A DNA stretch of 64,000 nt, from NCBI GenBank assembly GCA_965287045.1, contig OZ336890.1, forward strand, positions 32,240,001 through 32,304,000, given 5' to 3'. The first letter of the stretch is position 1. Each line of letters starts with the position of its first letter. The stretch comes from Carcharhinus amblyrhynchos. Taxonomy: Eukaryota. This document shows positions 12,197 to 25,136 of this stretch, in pieces. A program made the translations under genes and the position numbers. A model generated the notes under the pieces. It was not told the DNA's origin. It did no database searches and worked only from the letters and a program-made list of their open reading frames with translations.

Positions 12197-12500
12197 GGGC
12201 GGCACGGTGGTCAGCACTGTTGCCTCACAATGCCCGGGACCTGGGTTTGATTCCTAGCTTGGGTCACTGTGCAGAGTCTGCACACTCCCTTCATTTCTGT
12301 GTGGGTTTTCTTTGGGTACTCTAGTTACCTCCCACAGGTGAAAGACGTGCTGGTTAGGTAATTGGCCATGCTAAATTCTCCCTTAGTGTACCTGAACAGG
12401 CACTGGAGTGTGGTGACTAGGGGATTTTCACATTAATTTCATTGCAGTGTTAATGTCAGCCTACTTGTGATACTAATAAATGAACTTTTAAAAACTTTAT
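12197..12500 (+). mobile_element. V-SINE-like SINE with alternative tail
   Basis: Same head, V-domain and tail as 10801-11140. Confidence 0.82.
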
Positions 12501-12604
12501 TTAACTCCAATTCCATGAAGAGTCAGAGTCCACTGCCTGTTTGTGCAGCAGCTGCATTGTAGTTCTGTCAAATCTCAATATATGATATTGCCTTGTGTTT
12601 ACAG

Positions 12605-12664
12605 GCAGCCCTCCCCAAGGCCACCGTTCTGGATCTGTCCTGCAACTGTATCGTCATGTTGTCG
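12605..12664 (+). CDS. LRRC59: LRRC59 coding exon 2
   Basis: ttacAG acceptor; AALPKATVLDLSCNCIVMLS; GTAAGA donor; 60 nt. Confidence 0.96.
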
Positions 12665-13897
12665 GTAAGACTTTATAAAAGATGCATTTGTGTGCATGTG
12701 AATTGTGGGCCTGTTATGTGTGGGGTTGGTTGTCAGTGCATGCAAAATGTGTGCACGTGCTGTGTGTATGTTATGGGGCTGTGGGACAAAAGGTTGAGTA
12801 GATAGCGATTAGTTGAATGAGGCACGACATCAATTCTCTGAACAGCAAGGTTCAGCTCGATGGTAACTTTGCCGCTGTCAAGGGAAGGGACATTTCATAG
12901 CTCAGCAATCATTGAATGAAAGCTCTGGGATATTGGGATGTTTACAAAAACATTCTTGAGCCCAGAGGGAATCCACACCATCAGGGGAAGGAGGAGGGAG
13001 AATTGGCACTAGCTGAAAAGTCCTCACTCAGAAAAACACTCTCAGGAGAGACTGAAAGAATACTGGCTTAAAATAAATGTTGCAGAGAGTGGCAAATCCC
13101 TTATGTGACTGTCATGGGAGACAGCTACAAAATTCCAGCCTGTTTATGAAATCTCAGCTCTTACAAAAACAACAATAGCAACAAAGCAGTCAGAATACTA
13201 TATATATCTGCTATATGTGGAATTACATAGAAATTGACAGTCAGTCCTGTCCCCTGAGATCTTTTGATAAACTGTAACAGTTTTAGTCACAATGTCATTT
13301 ATGTTGTACACGTATACGGTTTGAGCACATTTTTCTTGAAGGTAGCAACCCAGGATGTGTAGGTTAGGGAGATTAGTGGGGTAAATACGTGGGGCTGCAA
13401 GGATAGGACGGGGGATTTGAGCGAGATGCTGTGTCAGAGAGTTGGTGCAGACGCGAACTGAATGCTGCTTTCTGCACTCTAGGGAGTCTGATTCTATTCC
13501 ACGAGGTCTAACTAAGCTTTAGTGCAAGTTTGTCTGCTTTTCAATTTTCAAGAATTGGACAAAGAGTTGTCAGTTTTCTCCAGTTTTTATATTTTTTTCC
13601 AGGTTGAAGGAACGAAGTCCACTGGTTTAGATTTCTGTATATATGGTGATCAACTCCTGTATCACATCAGAGTATTGTATATAAACCCAGCCTGATACTG
13701 TTATGTCTCCCATTGCAGCTTCATCACAAATTAAATACAGAATAAAGCACTCTCGACGCTGTCCCATTGCATTCAGTGTGAATGTAGCATTTTGTTTGCA
13801 TGTTTTCTTCCTTCCAATTTCATTGATATGTATTAGTTTTATGATTTGTTTAGGGAATCTGTGGTTTAATCCACTATTCACGCTTGAGGCTAGGCAG

Positions 13898-16217
13898 AAA
13901 GAAATACCACAACACCTGTTTAAAGTCCAAACAGGTTTATTTGTAGCAAAAGCCGCAAGCTTTCAGGACAGCCTGTCCCTTCGTCAGGTGGCTGGGAGTT
14001 CTGATCATAAACAAGACGCACAAACACACAAACTCAATTTATATGCGTAATGATTGGAATGTGAGTCTTTACAGCTAATCAATTCTTAAAGGTACAGACA
14101 ATGTGAGTGGAAAGAGCTTTAAGTACAGGTTAAAGAGATGTGTATTGTTTCCAGACAGGAAAGTTACTGAGATTTTGCAAGTCCAGGCAAGTTGTGGGGG
14201 TTACAGAACCCAAGATCCCACTTGAGGCCGATCTCATGTGTGTAGAACTTGGCTATCAGTTTCTGCTCAGCGACTCTGCGCTGTTGTATGTCCTGAAGGC
14301 CGCCTTGGAGAACACCCACCCGAAGATCAGAAACCGAATGCCCATGACCGCTGAAATGTTCCCCAACAGGACGAGAACAGTCTTGCCTGGTGATTATCGA
14401 GAGCATCCTGAAAACCATTGTTCAAAGAACCCCCAGTTTTTGTCACGACACTACGGAGTTCCTACATAAACTCAGCACACATGGAGCAGTTGAACCAGGA
14501 GCTCTCCTCATCACAATGGATGTCTCGGCTCTCTATACAAACATCCCCCATGACGATGGCATTGCCACAACTGCCTCAGTACTCAATGCCGACAACTGCC
14601 GGTTTCCAGATGCAATTTCACGACTCATCCGCTTCATCCTGGACCACAATGTCTTTACCTTCAACAACCAGTTCTTCATCCAAACACACACAACAGCCAT
14701 GGGGACCAAATTCGCACCTCAATATGCCAACGTCTTCATGCCCAGGTTTCAACAAGACTTCACCGCACAGGACCTTCAACCAATGCTATACACTAAATAC
14801 ATCGATGACATTTTCTTTCTTTGGACTCATGGCGAACAATCACTGAAACAACTATATGATGACATCAACAAATTCCATCCCACCATCAGACTCACCATGG
14901 ACTACTCTCCGGAATCGGTTACATTCTTGGACACACGCATCTCCTTTAAGTACAATCACCTCAGCACCTCACTGTACCACAAACCCACGGATAACGTCAC
15001 AGTGCTACACTTCTCCAGCTTCCACCCTAAACACGTTAAAGAAGCCGTCCCCTACGGACAAGCCCTCCATATACACAGGATCTGCTCAGATGAGGAGGAT
15101 CGCAACAGACACCTCTAGATGCTGAAAGATGCCCTCATGAGAACAGGATATGGTGCTCGACTCATCGATCGACAGTTCCGATGTGCCACAGCCAAAAACC
15201 GCACCAATCTCCTCAGAAGACAAACACAGGACATGGTGGACAGAGTACCCTTCGTCGTCCAGTACTTCCCCGGAGCGGAGAGGCTATGACATTTTCTCCG
15301 GAGTCTTCAATATCTCATTGATGAAGATGAACATCTTGCCGAGCCCATTCCCACATCCCACTTCTTGCCTTCAAACAACTGCGCAACCTCAAACAGACCA
15401 TTGTTTGCAGCAAACTACCTAGCCTTCAGGAGAACAATGACCACGACACCACACAACCCTGCCACAGCAACCTCTAAGACGTGCCGGATCATCGATAAGG
15501 ATGCCATTGTCTCACGTGAGAACACCATCCACCAGGTACGCAGTACATACTCTTGCAACTCGGCCAACGTTGTCTACCTGATACGCTGCAGGAAAGGATA
15601 TCCTGAGGCTTGGTACATTGGGGAGACCATGCAGACGTTACGACAACGGATGAATGAACACCGCTCGACAATCACCAGGCAAGACTGTTCTCCCGCTGTT
15701 GGGGAACACTTCAGCGGTCGTGGGCACTCGGCCTCTGATCTTCGGGTGGGCGTTCTCCAAGGCAGCCTTCAGGACGCACGACAGCGCAGAGTCGCTGAGC
15801 AGAAACTGATAGCCAAGTTCCGCACACATGAGAATGGCCTCAACCGGGATCTTGGGTTCATGTCGCACTATCTGTAACCCCCACAACTTGCCTGGACTTG
15901 CAATATCTCACTAACTTTCCTGTCTGGAAACAATACACATCTCTTTAACCTGTGCTTAAAGCTCTTTCCACTCACATTGTCTGTACCTTTTAAGAATTGA
16001 TTAGCTGTAAAGACTCACATTCCAATCATTATGCATGTAAATTGAGTTTGTGTTTGGGTGTCTTGTTTACGATCAGAACTCCCAGCCACCTGACAAAGGG
16101 ACAGGCTGTCCTGAAAGCTTGTGGCTTTTGCTACAAATAAACCTGTTTGGACTTTACACTGGTGTTGTGGGATTTCTTTCTGTTTTACCCCAGTCCAACG
16201 CTGGCATCTCCACATCA
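13898..16217 (+). mobile_element. Penelope-like element: truncated RT and GIY-YIG ORF, 3' terminal repeat, and an inverted copy of the 3' end at the left
   Basis: RT motifs TAMGTKFAPQYAN and YIDDIF; GIY-YIG motif NVVYLIRC...WYIGET; 13898-14402 is the reverse complement of the right end; flanked by ttgaggctaggcag (13884) and ttggggctaggcag (16218); stops and frameshifts present. Confidence 0.93.
13957..13987 (-). ncRNA. Minimal hammerhead ribozyme motif (intact core) in a Penelope repeat
   Basis: CUGACGA-a-gggacag/gcuguccu-GAAA-GCUU; palindromic AGCU stem III. Confidence 0.65.
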
Positions 16218-16360
16218 TTGGGGCTAGGCAGCCAGCAAGAGCATGCTGTAGCTGTCAGCCTTGGTGTTGTGTGCAGCACTCTCTCACTTTTTGACTCAGA
16301 AGGATTTGCGCTCAAGTACATTCCAGAGACTTGATCAAACTAGGCTGCTGTCAGTGCAGT

Positions 16361-16603
16361 ATAAAAGCAAATTACTGCAGATGCTGAAATCTGGAACCAA
16401 AAGAGAAAACGCTAGAAAATCTCAGCAGGTCTGGCAGCATCTGGAAGGAGAGAAAAAACTGACATTTTGAGTCCAGATGATCTTTTGTCAGAGCTCAGAG
16501 CAGTTTTGACAAAAGGTGATCTGAGCTCAAAACGTCAGCTCTTTTCTTGCCTTACAGATGCTGCCAGATTTGCTGAGATTTTCCAGTATTTTGTCTTTTG
16601 CAA
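16361..16603. mobile_element. Palindromic short repeat (MER6-like, probably Penelope-derived); relatives near 25997-26140, 46850-46970 and 51150-51310
   Basis: aaaatctcagcaggtctggcagcatctg ... cagatgctgccagatttgctgagatttt inverted arms. Confidence 0.7.
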
Positions 16604-16875
16604 CCAGTACAGTGCTGGAGGGGTGTTGCACTGTCAAAGTGGTGTTTTCTTTGTGAATAGCAAGTTTCTCTGTCTGCCCTCTTGAGTGTACATAAGATAA
16701 TTTGGCTGCTAATTCAAAAAAAAGCAAAAGAAATTCTTTTGACATCTTGACCAATTTTTAATCTTATTACTACTCATGAGCATTTGCTGTATTTAAATTG
16801 ACTGCTATACTCAGTGACCACATTTTAAAATGTACTCCTAATATTATAAATGATGCTATTATAAATGCAGGTTCT
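16604..16875 (+). mobile_element. Old DeuSINE-like remnant; related pieces near 9790-9885 (+) and 54160-54390 (-)
   Basis: ctgtctgccctct...ttgctgtatttaaattgactgc...gctattataaatgcagg resembles a Deu core and L2-type tail (from memory). Confidence 0.5.
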
Positions 16876-17323
16876 GTTCTTTAAGAATAGAGGGAAACAT
16901 AGCTGATCCCAATCCCATTCTTGTTCAAGATCCACGTGCACATTGTAGCAGAAGCCACTTGCTAACAAACAGGGCAGGAATCTGGGCTGACTTCCCATTT
17001 TCATGTCTAGATCAGGGGACTAAGGTGTCCATGAGCTAGGCAATGAAAATGAAAAGTCAGCCAAGCCAATCCCGGTTGGTGATGGCTGGTTAATTTGGTG
17101 CTGTACAGGTGATGTTTTGTCTTCCTTGAACATTGTGAGTGAACAGTTGTGTGTAGGATATTGTCCGGGAGGTTTGAAATAACTGGAATTGTGCAGCTCG
17201 AGCAGAAGCAGATTCTACTGGTTTCAGGGTTCCTTTACCCTGCCCCAGAACCACTGTTGTGTTTTTAATTAATTTTTTTCTATCTTATTGTTTTATGAAA
17301 AACCATGCTCCCATCAAATGCAG

Positions 17324-17482
17324 CCAGAATTCTGCAGCCTGACTCACCTCATCAAACTCGACCTCAGCAAAAACCAGTTGCAGGAGCTTCCTTCAGATTT
17401 TGGACGTCTCCTTAACCTGCAACATTTGGACCTTTACAACAACAAACTGACCAACTTGCCTGTCAGCTTTGCTCAGCTCAAG
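17324..17482 (+). CDS. LRRC59: LRRC59 coding exon 3 (LRRs)
   Basis: [53 protein letters not shown]; CAG acceptor, GTAGGA donor; 159 nt. Confidence 0.95.
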
Positions 17483-17600
17483 GTAGGAAGTCAGTTCGAA
17501 TACCTCGCACACTGGACAGCCTAGAGAGAAAAACTTGTTTTCAGTTTGCCAGTTTCTCCCCTTCAGCCTTGAATTTCGCTGCTCACATTTTGTCATTTTA

Positions 17601-17895
17601 GAGGGTGGCACAGTGGTTTGCACTGCTACCTCACAGCACCAGGGACCCGGGTTCAAATCCAGCCCAGGGTCACTATCTGTGTGGAGTTTGCACATTCTCC
17701 CCATGTCTGCGTGCATTTCCTTTGGGTGCTTAGGTTTCCTCCTGCAGTCCAGAAGTGTACGGATTAGGTTGATTGACCGTGCTAAATTAACTCTAGTGTC
17801 AGGGGGATTAGCGTGGTAAATATGAAGGGTTATGGGGATTGTGGTGAGTGCAGACTCGATGGTTGAATGGCCTCCTGCACTGTAGGATTCTATGA
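17601..17895 (+). mobile_element. HE1/V-SINE-like SINE
   Basis: ggtggcacagtggtttgcactgctacctcacagcaccagggacccgggttcaaatcc head with A/B boxes, V-domain, CR1-type tail. Confidence 0.88.
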
Positions 17896-18210
17896 GAAAC
17901 ACATTTCAGAAATTGATCTTCAGTGTAATTAAGCATTAAAGCAGATGATGCAATGAATAGTCGATGTGTTGAGGCAGGAGTGGAGTTGGCAATATGGAGA
18001 TGGAAATTACCAATCTTAGTGTTGAAATGGAAATGTGGTCAGACACTCAATTTTGGGTTCACATATGATACCAAGATTGTGAACAGACTGGTACTTAATT
18101 ACCAGGAAGAGGGATGGAGGTGAAGGAGTGGAGATTTTGGCAGGAACTCAAGACAACACTCCAATTTTCCTAATATTTAACTGGAAGAAGTTTCTGCTCA
18201 TTCATTATTC

Positions 18211-18977
18211 GCAAGTGTGAGGTGGTCCACTTTGGTAGGAATAATGGTAGGAAGGACTATTACTTAAGTGGCGATAAACTGCAGCAGGCGACGGTGCAGA
18301 GGGACCTCGGGGTCCTTATGCATGAGTTGCAAAAACCCAGCCTGCAGGTGCAGCAGGTGGTCAGGAAGGCTAATGGGATGCTGGCCTTCATAGCGAGGGG
18401 GATTGAATATAAAAGTAGGGAGGTCTTGCTGCGGCTATATAGGGCATTGGTGAGGCCGCAGCTGGAGTACTGTGTGCAGTTTTGGTCGCCGTACTTACGC
18501 AAGGATATTTTGGCCTTGGAGGGAGTGCAGAGGAGGTTTACTAGGCTGATACCGGAGTTGAGGGGGTTGAGCTATGAGGAGAGGCTGAATAAACTAGGCT
18601 TGTACTCGTTAGAGTTTAGAAGAATGAAGGGAGATCTCATTGAGACGTATAAGATGATGAATGGGATGGATAGGATAGAGGTGGAGAGACTCTTCCTGCT
18701 CAGAAAGGACAGTAGGACTAGGGGGCACAGCCTCAAGATAAAGGGGGGCGGGGGGCGGGGGGGGGGGCGGTTTAGAACGGAGTTGAGGAGGAACTTCTTC
18801 ACTCAAAGGGTGGTGAATCTCTGGAATTCTCTGCCCGTTGAGGTGGTGGAGGCTGCCTCGCTAAATATTTTTAAGACGCGGGTTGATGGGTTTTTGATAA
18901 GTGAGGGGATTAAGGGTTATGGGGAGAGGGCGGGAATTTGGAACTGAGCCACGACAGATCAGCCATGATCTTATTGA
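18211..18977 (+). mobile_element. Young CR1 fragment (family B) in LRRC59 intron 3, lacking the terminal tail
   Basis: Open ORF 18222-18947 nearly identical to the C-terminus of ORF 32985-34793. Confidence 0.92.
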
Positions 18978-19189
18978 GACACATTATATAGGTGAAAGGA
19001 TTAAGGGTAGCATTTATCATGAAAGAAAAGATGTATTTATATAGCACCTTGCCCCATGCTGACATTAGAAAGCATTTTAAACCAATGAAGTGCAGCTACT
19101 GTTGTAATTTATGAAATGTGGTAGTTAAATGCGTGCTGCAGTTCCTCTCAGACACAATGAGGCTGACTGACTCCAATTTCTCTCTACAG

Positions 19190-19294
19190 AACTTAAAGTG
19201 GTTGGATTTAAAAGGAAATCCACTCGATCCATTGCTTGAGAAGGTGGCTGGCGACTGCCTGGATGAGAAGCAGTGCAAACTGTGTGCAGCCAAT
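19190..19294 (+). CDS. LRRC59: LRRC59 coding exon 4
   Basis: [35 protein letters not shown]; tctctacAG acceptor, GTAAGC donor; 105 nt. Confidence 0.96.
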
Positions 19295-19364
19295 GTAAGC
19301 GTCAGGATTAATCCTCACAATATAGATAACATGATAGCGGTTTCAGCATCTGACATTGAGCAGC

Positions 19365-19686
19365 AGGGTGAGACAGTGGTTAGCCCTGCTGCCTCTCAGC
19401 GCCAGGGACTGAGGTTCAATTCCGACCGTGGGCCATTGTCTGTGCAGAGTCTGCACGTTCTCCCCGTGTCTGCGTGGGTTTCCTCTGGGTGCTCAGTTTC
19501 CTCCAACAGTCCAAAGTTGTGTAGGTTAGGTGTGATTGGCCATGCTGAATTCCCTCTTAGTGTCAGGGGGATGACTAGGGTAAATATGTGAGGTTACAGG
19601 GATAGAGCCTTGGTGGGATTGTTGTCAGTGCAGGCTTGATGGGCCAAATGGCCTCCTTCTGCACTGTAGGGTTTCTATGATTCTAT
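19365..19686 (+). mobile_element. HE1/V-SINE-like SINE
   Basis: Head, V-domain and tctatgattctat tail. Confidence 0.87.
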
Positions 19687-20339
19687 CATACCTCTAGTTT
19701 TATTTCCAAGTTGTGGCATAAGGACAGAAGAAATAGGAGCAGGAGTAGCTCATTTGGCCTTTTTTGCAAATGTCCGATGGTTCGCACCCTAGGCCTCATG
19801 TCCTATCATATATTCATGCAACACAAGGATTAACCTACTTCCATCTCTAACATCACCTGACTCAGTCCTGCCTCAGCTCATCTGCGGAAATCCTATAGAC
19901 TTGCCAATTCCAACCCTCCTCATCAGCTTCTTGCTCCACTATAGGCAGCTGCCTTTTCATTTGTCTGGGCCCCAAGCTTTGAATATCCTCCTTACACCTG
20001 TCAGCCTGTCTTTCTGTTTCTTTAGGATATAGCTTAGAACTAATCTTTCTGGCTATTTGCCCAAATGATGTCTTGTGTAGTTCATTACCTAAGCTTCCTT
20101 TATAACACTCCTGTGAAGTGCTTTGGGATATTTGTTATACAAACCTGCTCTGCTGTTTAGTACTAACCATGGCTCAACTCCAAATTTCTGCACTATTCTC
20201 ACATTCCTTCGTTCCCCTTATTACCGAAAACCTTTGTAAATCTGAGTCATAAATATGACAACCCTGGCCCCCTGGTGTCAAGAATTCCAAAGATTCAAAA
20301 CCTTTTGAGTGAAGAAATTCCTCATCTCAATCTTGAATG

Positions 20340-21945
20340 AAAAAGGAAGTAGAAATTAAGTGAAAAGGCACATTGGAGACATGAAGGATTATGAGAAAAG
20401 ATTGGCAGCCAACATAAAGGGGAATCCCAAAGTTTTCCAAAGGCGTATTAATAGTAAGACTGGCAGAAAGTGGAGGGCTGTTTAGAGGCCAAAAAGAGCA
20501 TTCAACATGGAGATTGCGACATGGCTGAGATATTAAGTGAATACCTTCCATCTTTCTTTACCAAGGAAATAGATACTTCGCCAGGTCATAGAGACAAAGA
20601 AGGAAACTCTGCACCTAGATGGGTTCAAAATTGATGAGGAGGAAATGTTGAATAGACTATTGGTAATTAAAGTTGGCAAGTACCAGGGTCAGGTGAGATG
20701 CACCCAAGGATTTTGAAGGAAGTGAGAGTGGAATTTGAAGAGGCAGTGACCATAATCTTCTGGTCTTCCCTAGACTCGGGAGATGCCAGTGGGCTGGAGA
20801 ATTATGGATATTCAAAGAAATTGTAAAGATAGCCCCAGCAAGTTTAAGATCAGTGGTGGGAAACTTCTAGAAACAATTATTCAGGAAAGACTTAATGGTC
20901 ACATGGAAAAATGTGAATTGATTGGGAAGAGACGGCATAGCATTCCGAAGGGGAAGTAGTGGTTGACAAACTTACTGGAGATTTTAGAGGTAACAGAATG
21001 GATCGATGAGGACAGAGCAGTTGATGTGATGTACGTGAACTTTCAGAAGGTATTGGATACAATGCCACACAACAGACCTGTGAGAAAAGCTGTAGTTCAT
21101 GGAATAACAAAAGCAGTAGCAATGTGGATACAAAATTGGCTGAAAAATAGGAAGCAGAAGATAATAGTGGGCTGATAGATGGCAGATTAAATTCAGTGCA
21201 GAGAAGTATAATAATGCATTTTGGTAGGAAGAACATGGAGAGGCAATATAAAATGAGGTGTAAAATTCTTGAGGGAGCAAAGGAACCTGGGCGCATATGT
21301 GTGTACATTATTGAGGTGGCAGCACAAGTGGAGAGAACAGTTAATAAAGCATTTTGTATTCTGAACTTTATAAATAGGAACATAGAGTACTAGGGCAAGG
21401 AGGGTATGCTGAACTTGTACAAAACACTAGTTAAGCCCAGCTAGAGTATTGTGTAGAGTTCTAGGCACCACACTAGGATGTAAACGCAATAGAGAGAGTG
21501 CAGAAGAGGTTTACAAGAATGGTTCCAGGGATGGTTCAGATACAAGAATAGATTGGAGCCATTGGGACTGTTCTTTTTGAAGAGGCGATGGTAAGAGGAG
21601 ATTTGGCAGAGATGCTCGAAAGCATCATGAGGCTGGATAGAGTAGAGGGGGAGATACTGTTCCTGCTCATAAAAGGATCAAGATTGAGAACGTAGTTTTG
21701 AAATGATTTGCAAAAGGAACAAATATGACGTGAGAAAAAACTTCTTCACACGCAAGTGGTTCAGGTCTAGACTGCTCTGTCTGGAAGTTTGGTGGAGGCA
21801 GATTCAGTCAAGACTTTCAAGAGGACGTTAGATGATGAGCAATGGTACGTGGAAAAGCAGGAGACTTGTCCAAGTCATTTTGTTTGTTTGAACAGTTGGT
21901 GCAGACGTGGGCCAAATGGCTTCCTACACTGTAACAGATTCATGA
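20340..21945 (+). mobile_element. Decayed CR1 ORF2 remnant
   Basis: TNLLE...RAVDVMY.NFQK..D.MPH RT motifs with stops and frameshifts. Confidence 0.8.
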
Positions 21946-22019
21946 TCTGTAAAAGTCCGGCGCTTGTAATGGACTGGGGTGTTGTACTAGTTTGAGCGGT
22001 TGTATCACTATCACTGTAA

Positions 22020-22590
22020 TTGAAATGTTGACATATAAGGAGATCTGGGTGACCTAATGCAAACATGCAGGTACAGCAAGCCTTCAGGAAAGAAATTGGA
22101 AGATTGGCCTTCATTGCAAGAGGACTTGAGTAGAGGAGCAAGGATGCCTTACTGCAACTCTACAGATCCTTGATGAGGTTACACCTGGAGTATTATGTGG
22201 AGTTTTTGTCTGCTTGCCTAAAAAACAATACACTTTCCAAAGATGGAGTGTAGCAAAGGTTCATCAGACTGATTCCTAAGATGGAAGGATTATTGTATAA
22301 GGAGAGATTGGGGTGACTGGGCCTATCTTGACTAGAATTCAGAAGAATGAGGGGATCTAATTCAAAGATGTAAAATTCTGGCAGGGCTGGACATACTGGA
22401 TGCAGAGATGGTGATTCCTATGGTTGGGAGTCCACAACAAAGTGGCTCAGGCTAAGGACAGGTCATTTAGAACTGAGATGAGGAGAAATGTCTGCAATGA
22501 GATGGTGGTGAATCTGTGGAATTCTCTACCGCAGAAGGCTGTGGAAGCCAAGCCATTGAATATATCTAAAAAGGGCACAGACATTACAGG
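22020..22590 (+). mobile_element. Decayed CR1 3' remnant
   Basis: FRTEMRRN...VVNLWNSLPQKAVEA. Confidence 0.78.
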
Positions 22591-22739
22591 CCAGAAAATG
22601 ACACAAGACTAACGGCACAGCTAATGGGTGAGAAGTCCTGGTGGGTATTTCCAAACAATATTAACTTGAAGCTCTTTGTTTATGCAAAGGTAAGGAATTA
22701 TTTTATTTTTTAAACCAGTCTTATAAAGTTTTTAAACTT

Positions 22740-24230
22740 AAAGGGTTTAGTCATGGGAGGAAAGCTGTGGTTTGCTCTTTTTGCTCCATGTGGGAGGCCA
22801 GGCACATTTCCGGTGCCCGGGACCAGCATGTGTACAGGAAGTGTGTCTAGCTGCAGCTCCTGGAAACTCAAGTTTTGAAATTGAAATAGCGGGTGGGTTA
22901 ACTGTGGAACAATTGCGAGTCTGTCAGCAGTGTGGATAACACATTTAGGGAGGTGGTCACACTGCAGCTGAAGGAACTTGAGGAAGAAAGGGAATGAGTG
23001 ACCACTAGGCAGTCCAAGAGATGTAGCCAGGTGATTCAGAAGTCCCTGGGGTCTCGGTTGCAAACCAGTACTCCATAGTTTGGAGGCTGGTTTGTCCCCG
23101 GAGTACAGACAGAACCAAACATCTGGCGCCACAAGCAACTTGTCTGTACGGTGGTGGGGGGAGGGGGTTCTGTACCCTGACTGCAGACAATACCGACTGC
23201 AGTTTGTACCCCTGACTGCAGACAATACACATTTCTTTAACCTGTGCTTAACCCTCTGTCCAGTTACATTGTCTGTACCTTTAAGACTTGATTACCTGTA
23301 AAGACTTGCATTCCAACCATTATTTTGTAAATTGAGTTTGTGTCTGTATATGCCCTGCTTGTGAACTGAAATCCCACTCACCTGACAAAGGAGCAGCAAG
23401 CACTCCGAAAGCTAATGACTTTTGCTACCACATAAACCTGTCAGACTTTAACCTGGTGTTGAGAGACTTCTTACTGCGTTTACCCCGGTCCAAGGCTGGC
23501 ATCTCCACATCATGGAAGAGGTGCCAGATGACAGGAGAACAGCTAATGTGGTTCCACTATTTAAGAAGGGTTGTAAAGGTAAACCAGGGAATTATAGACC
23601 AGTGAGTCTAACATCAGTGGTAGGGAAACTGAGAGAAACTGCTGAAGGAGAGCATCTGTCTCCACTTGGGGAGGCAAAGCTTGATCAGGGATCGTTGGCA
23701 TGTTTTTGTCAGAGGGAGCTCATGCCTGACAAATTTGATTGAATTTTTTTGAGGGGTGACCAGGTGTGTAGACAAGAGTAGGGCAGTCAATGTAGTTTTT
23801 TTGGATTTCAGCAAAGCCTTTGACAAGGTCCCACATGGGAGACTTAAAGAAGGTAAATTCACGTGGGATATAGGATAATTTGATAAAGTGGATTCAAAAT
23901 TAGCTCAATTGTAAGAGACAGAGGGTGATGGTAGAAGGCTGCTTTAGTGACTGGAAGCCAGTGGCCAGTGGCATATCACAGAGATCTGTGTTGGGCCCCC
24001 TTTTATTCATCATTTATATAAATTACATAGATGACTATGTGGGGGTAAGATTAGTAAGTTTACAGATGATACAAAGATTGGCCATGTGATTAACAGTGAG
24101 GTGGAGTGTCTTGGACTACAAGAAGATATAGACGGATTGGTCAAACGGGCAGGTAAGTGGCAAATGGTATTTAACCCTGAGAAGTGTGAGGTGATACACT
24201 TTGGAAAGAGTAATTTGATAAGGAAGTACA
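22740..24230 (+). mobile_element. Composite: CR1 ORF1-like fragment, Penelope terminal-repeat fragment (about 23215-23511), CR1 RT fragment
   Basis: EVPDDRRTANVVPLFKKG...NYRPVSLTSVVGK; 23215-23511 matches the 15930-16217 Penelope end. Confidence 0.75.
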
Positions 24231-24334
24231 ATAAGAAGTTTCACAACACCAAGTTAAAGTCCAACAGGTTTATTTGGAATCATGTGAATCAATGAAAATC
24301 CATAAATAACTGTTTTTACCCTTTGATACTACAG

Positions 24335-24407
24335 GTACTGCGCTATATGAAAACGATTCAGTCTGAACAAGATCGTGAGAAACAGCGGAGGCTGCAAGTT
24401 GAAAGGG
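24335..24407 (+). CDS. LRRC59: LRRC59 coding exon 5
   Basis: VLRYMKTIQSEQDREKQRRLQVER plus 1 nt; acAG acceptor, GTAAGA donor; 73 nt; not in the ORF track. Confidence 0.94.
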
Positions 24408-25136
24408 GTAAGAAATGAAATTTCTAAAATAAATGTTCATCTGGGTACATGGATTACTGAGCGTGGAATTGAGAATCAGTCAAACATTTAAGCAAGCTGT
24501 GGCCTCTTCTTTTTTATCACAGCATTAATGTTTAGAGATCCTTAGGGGCAATTCCATTGGGACCAGCAGCCTCCAGCAACCAAGTTTCCATTCATTATTG
24601 GAATCCAGAGTCCAAACCAAACCTGGTCTTGTTCTCTGGGCTCCACACAAGCTTCACGGGAGCATAAACTTACATCAGCAGCAGTAAAATTATTCAGTAA
24701 ATGCAAAAATTATTTTGCATCAAGAAACCCTCATTTGACTATTACATATACCTTCAAGCAACGGGCCATATTAACACAGATTTAACCCCTGGTTTGGCTT
24801 CTCATCTTAAAGTGGAGATTGGGATGGACAAGACGAGAGGTCACACAACACCAGGTTATAGTCCAACAGGTTTATTTGAAATCACAAGCTGCTGAAAACT
24901 TGTGATTTCAAATAAACCTGTTGACCTCTCATCTTGAAGACAGTGCCTCCAATGATGCACCACTCCTCAGTAACACAGTAGAATGTCAGCTTGAACTATG
25001 TACCCCAATCCAGACTGCAATTGAACCCATGATTTTCTGACTCTGACGCTAGAGTGCTAGCACTGAATCATAGGACAAATTAAAGCATCCAAAAGCTTCA
25101 ACTACCATCTTTATAGCCAAATGTCTGTTGTTGCAG

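Noticed and set aside
17601-17670. tRNA genes
   Set aside because: The A/B-box-like motifs are SINE heads continuing into V-domain bodies; no complete cloverleaf is evident.
23170-23230. CRISPR-like or array repeat (ctgactgcagacaatac twice)
   Set aside because: Short local duplication at a Penelope 5' junction with only 2-3 units; eukaryotic context.
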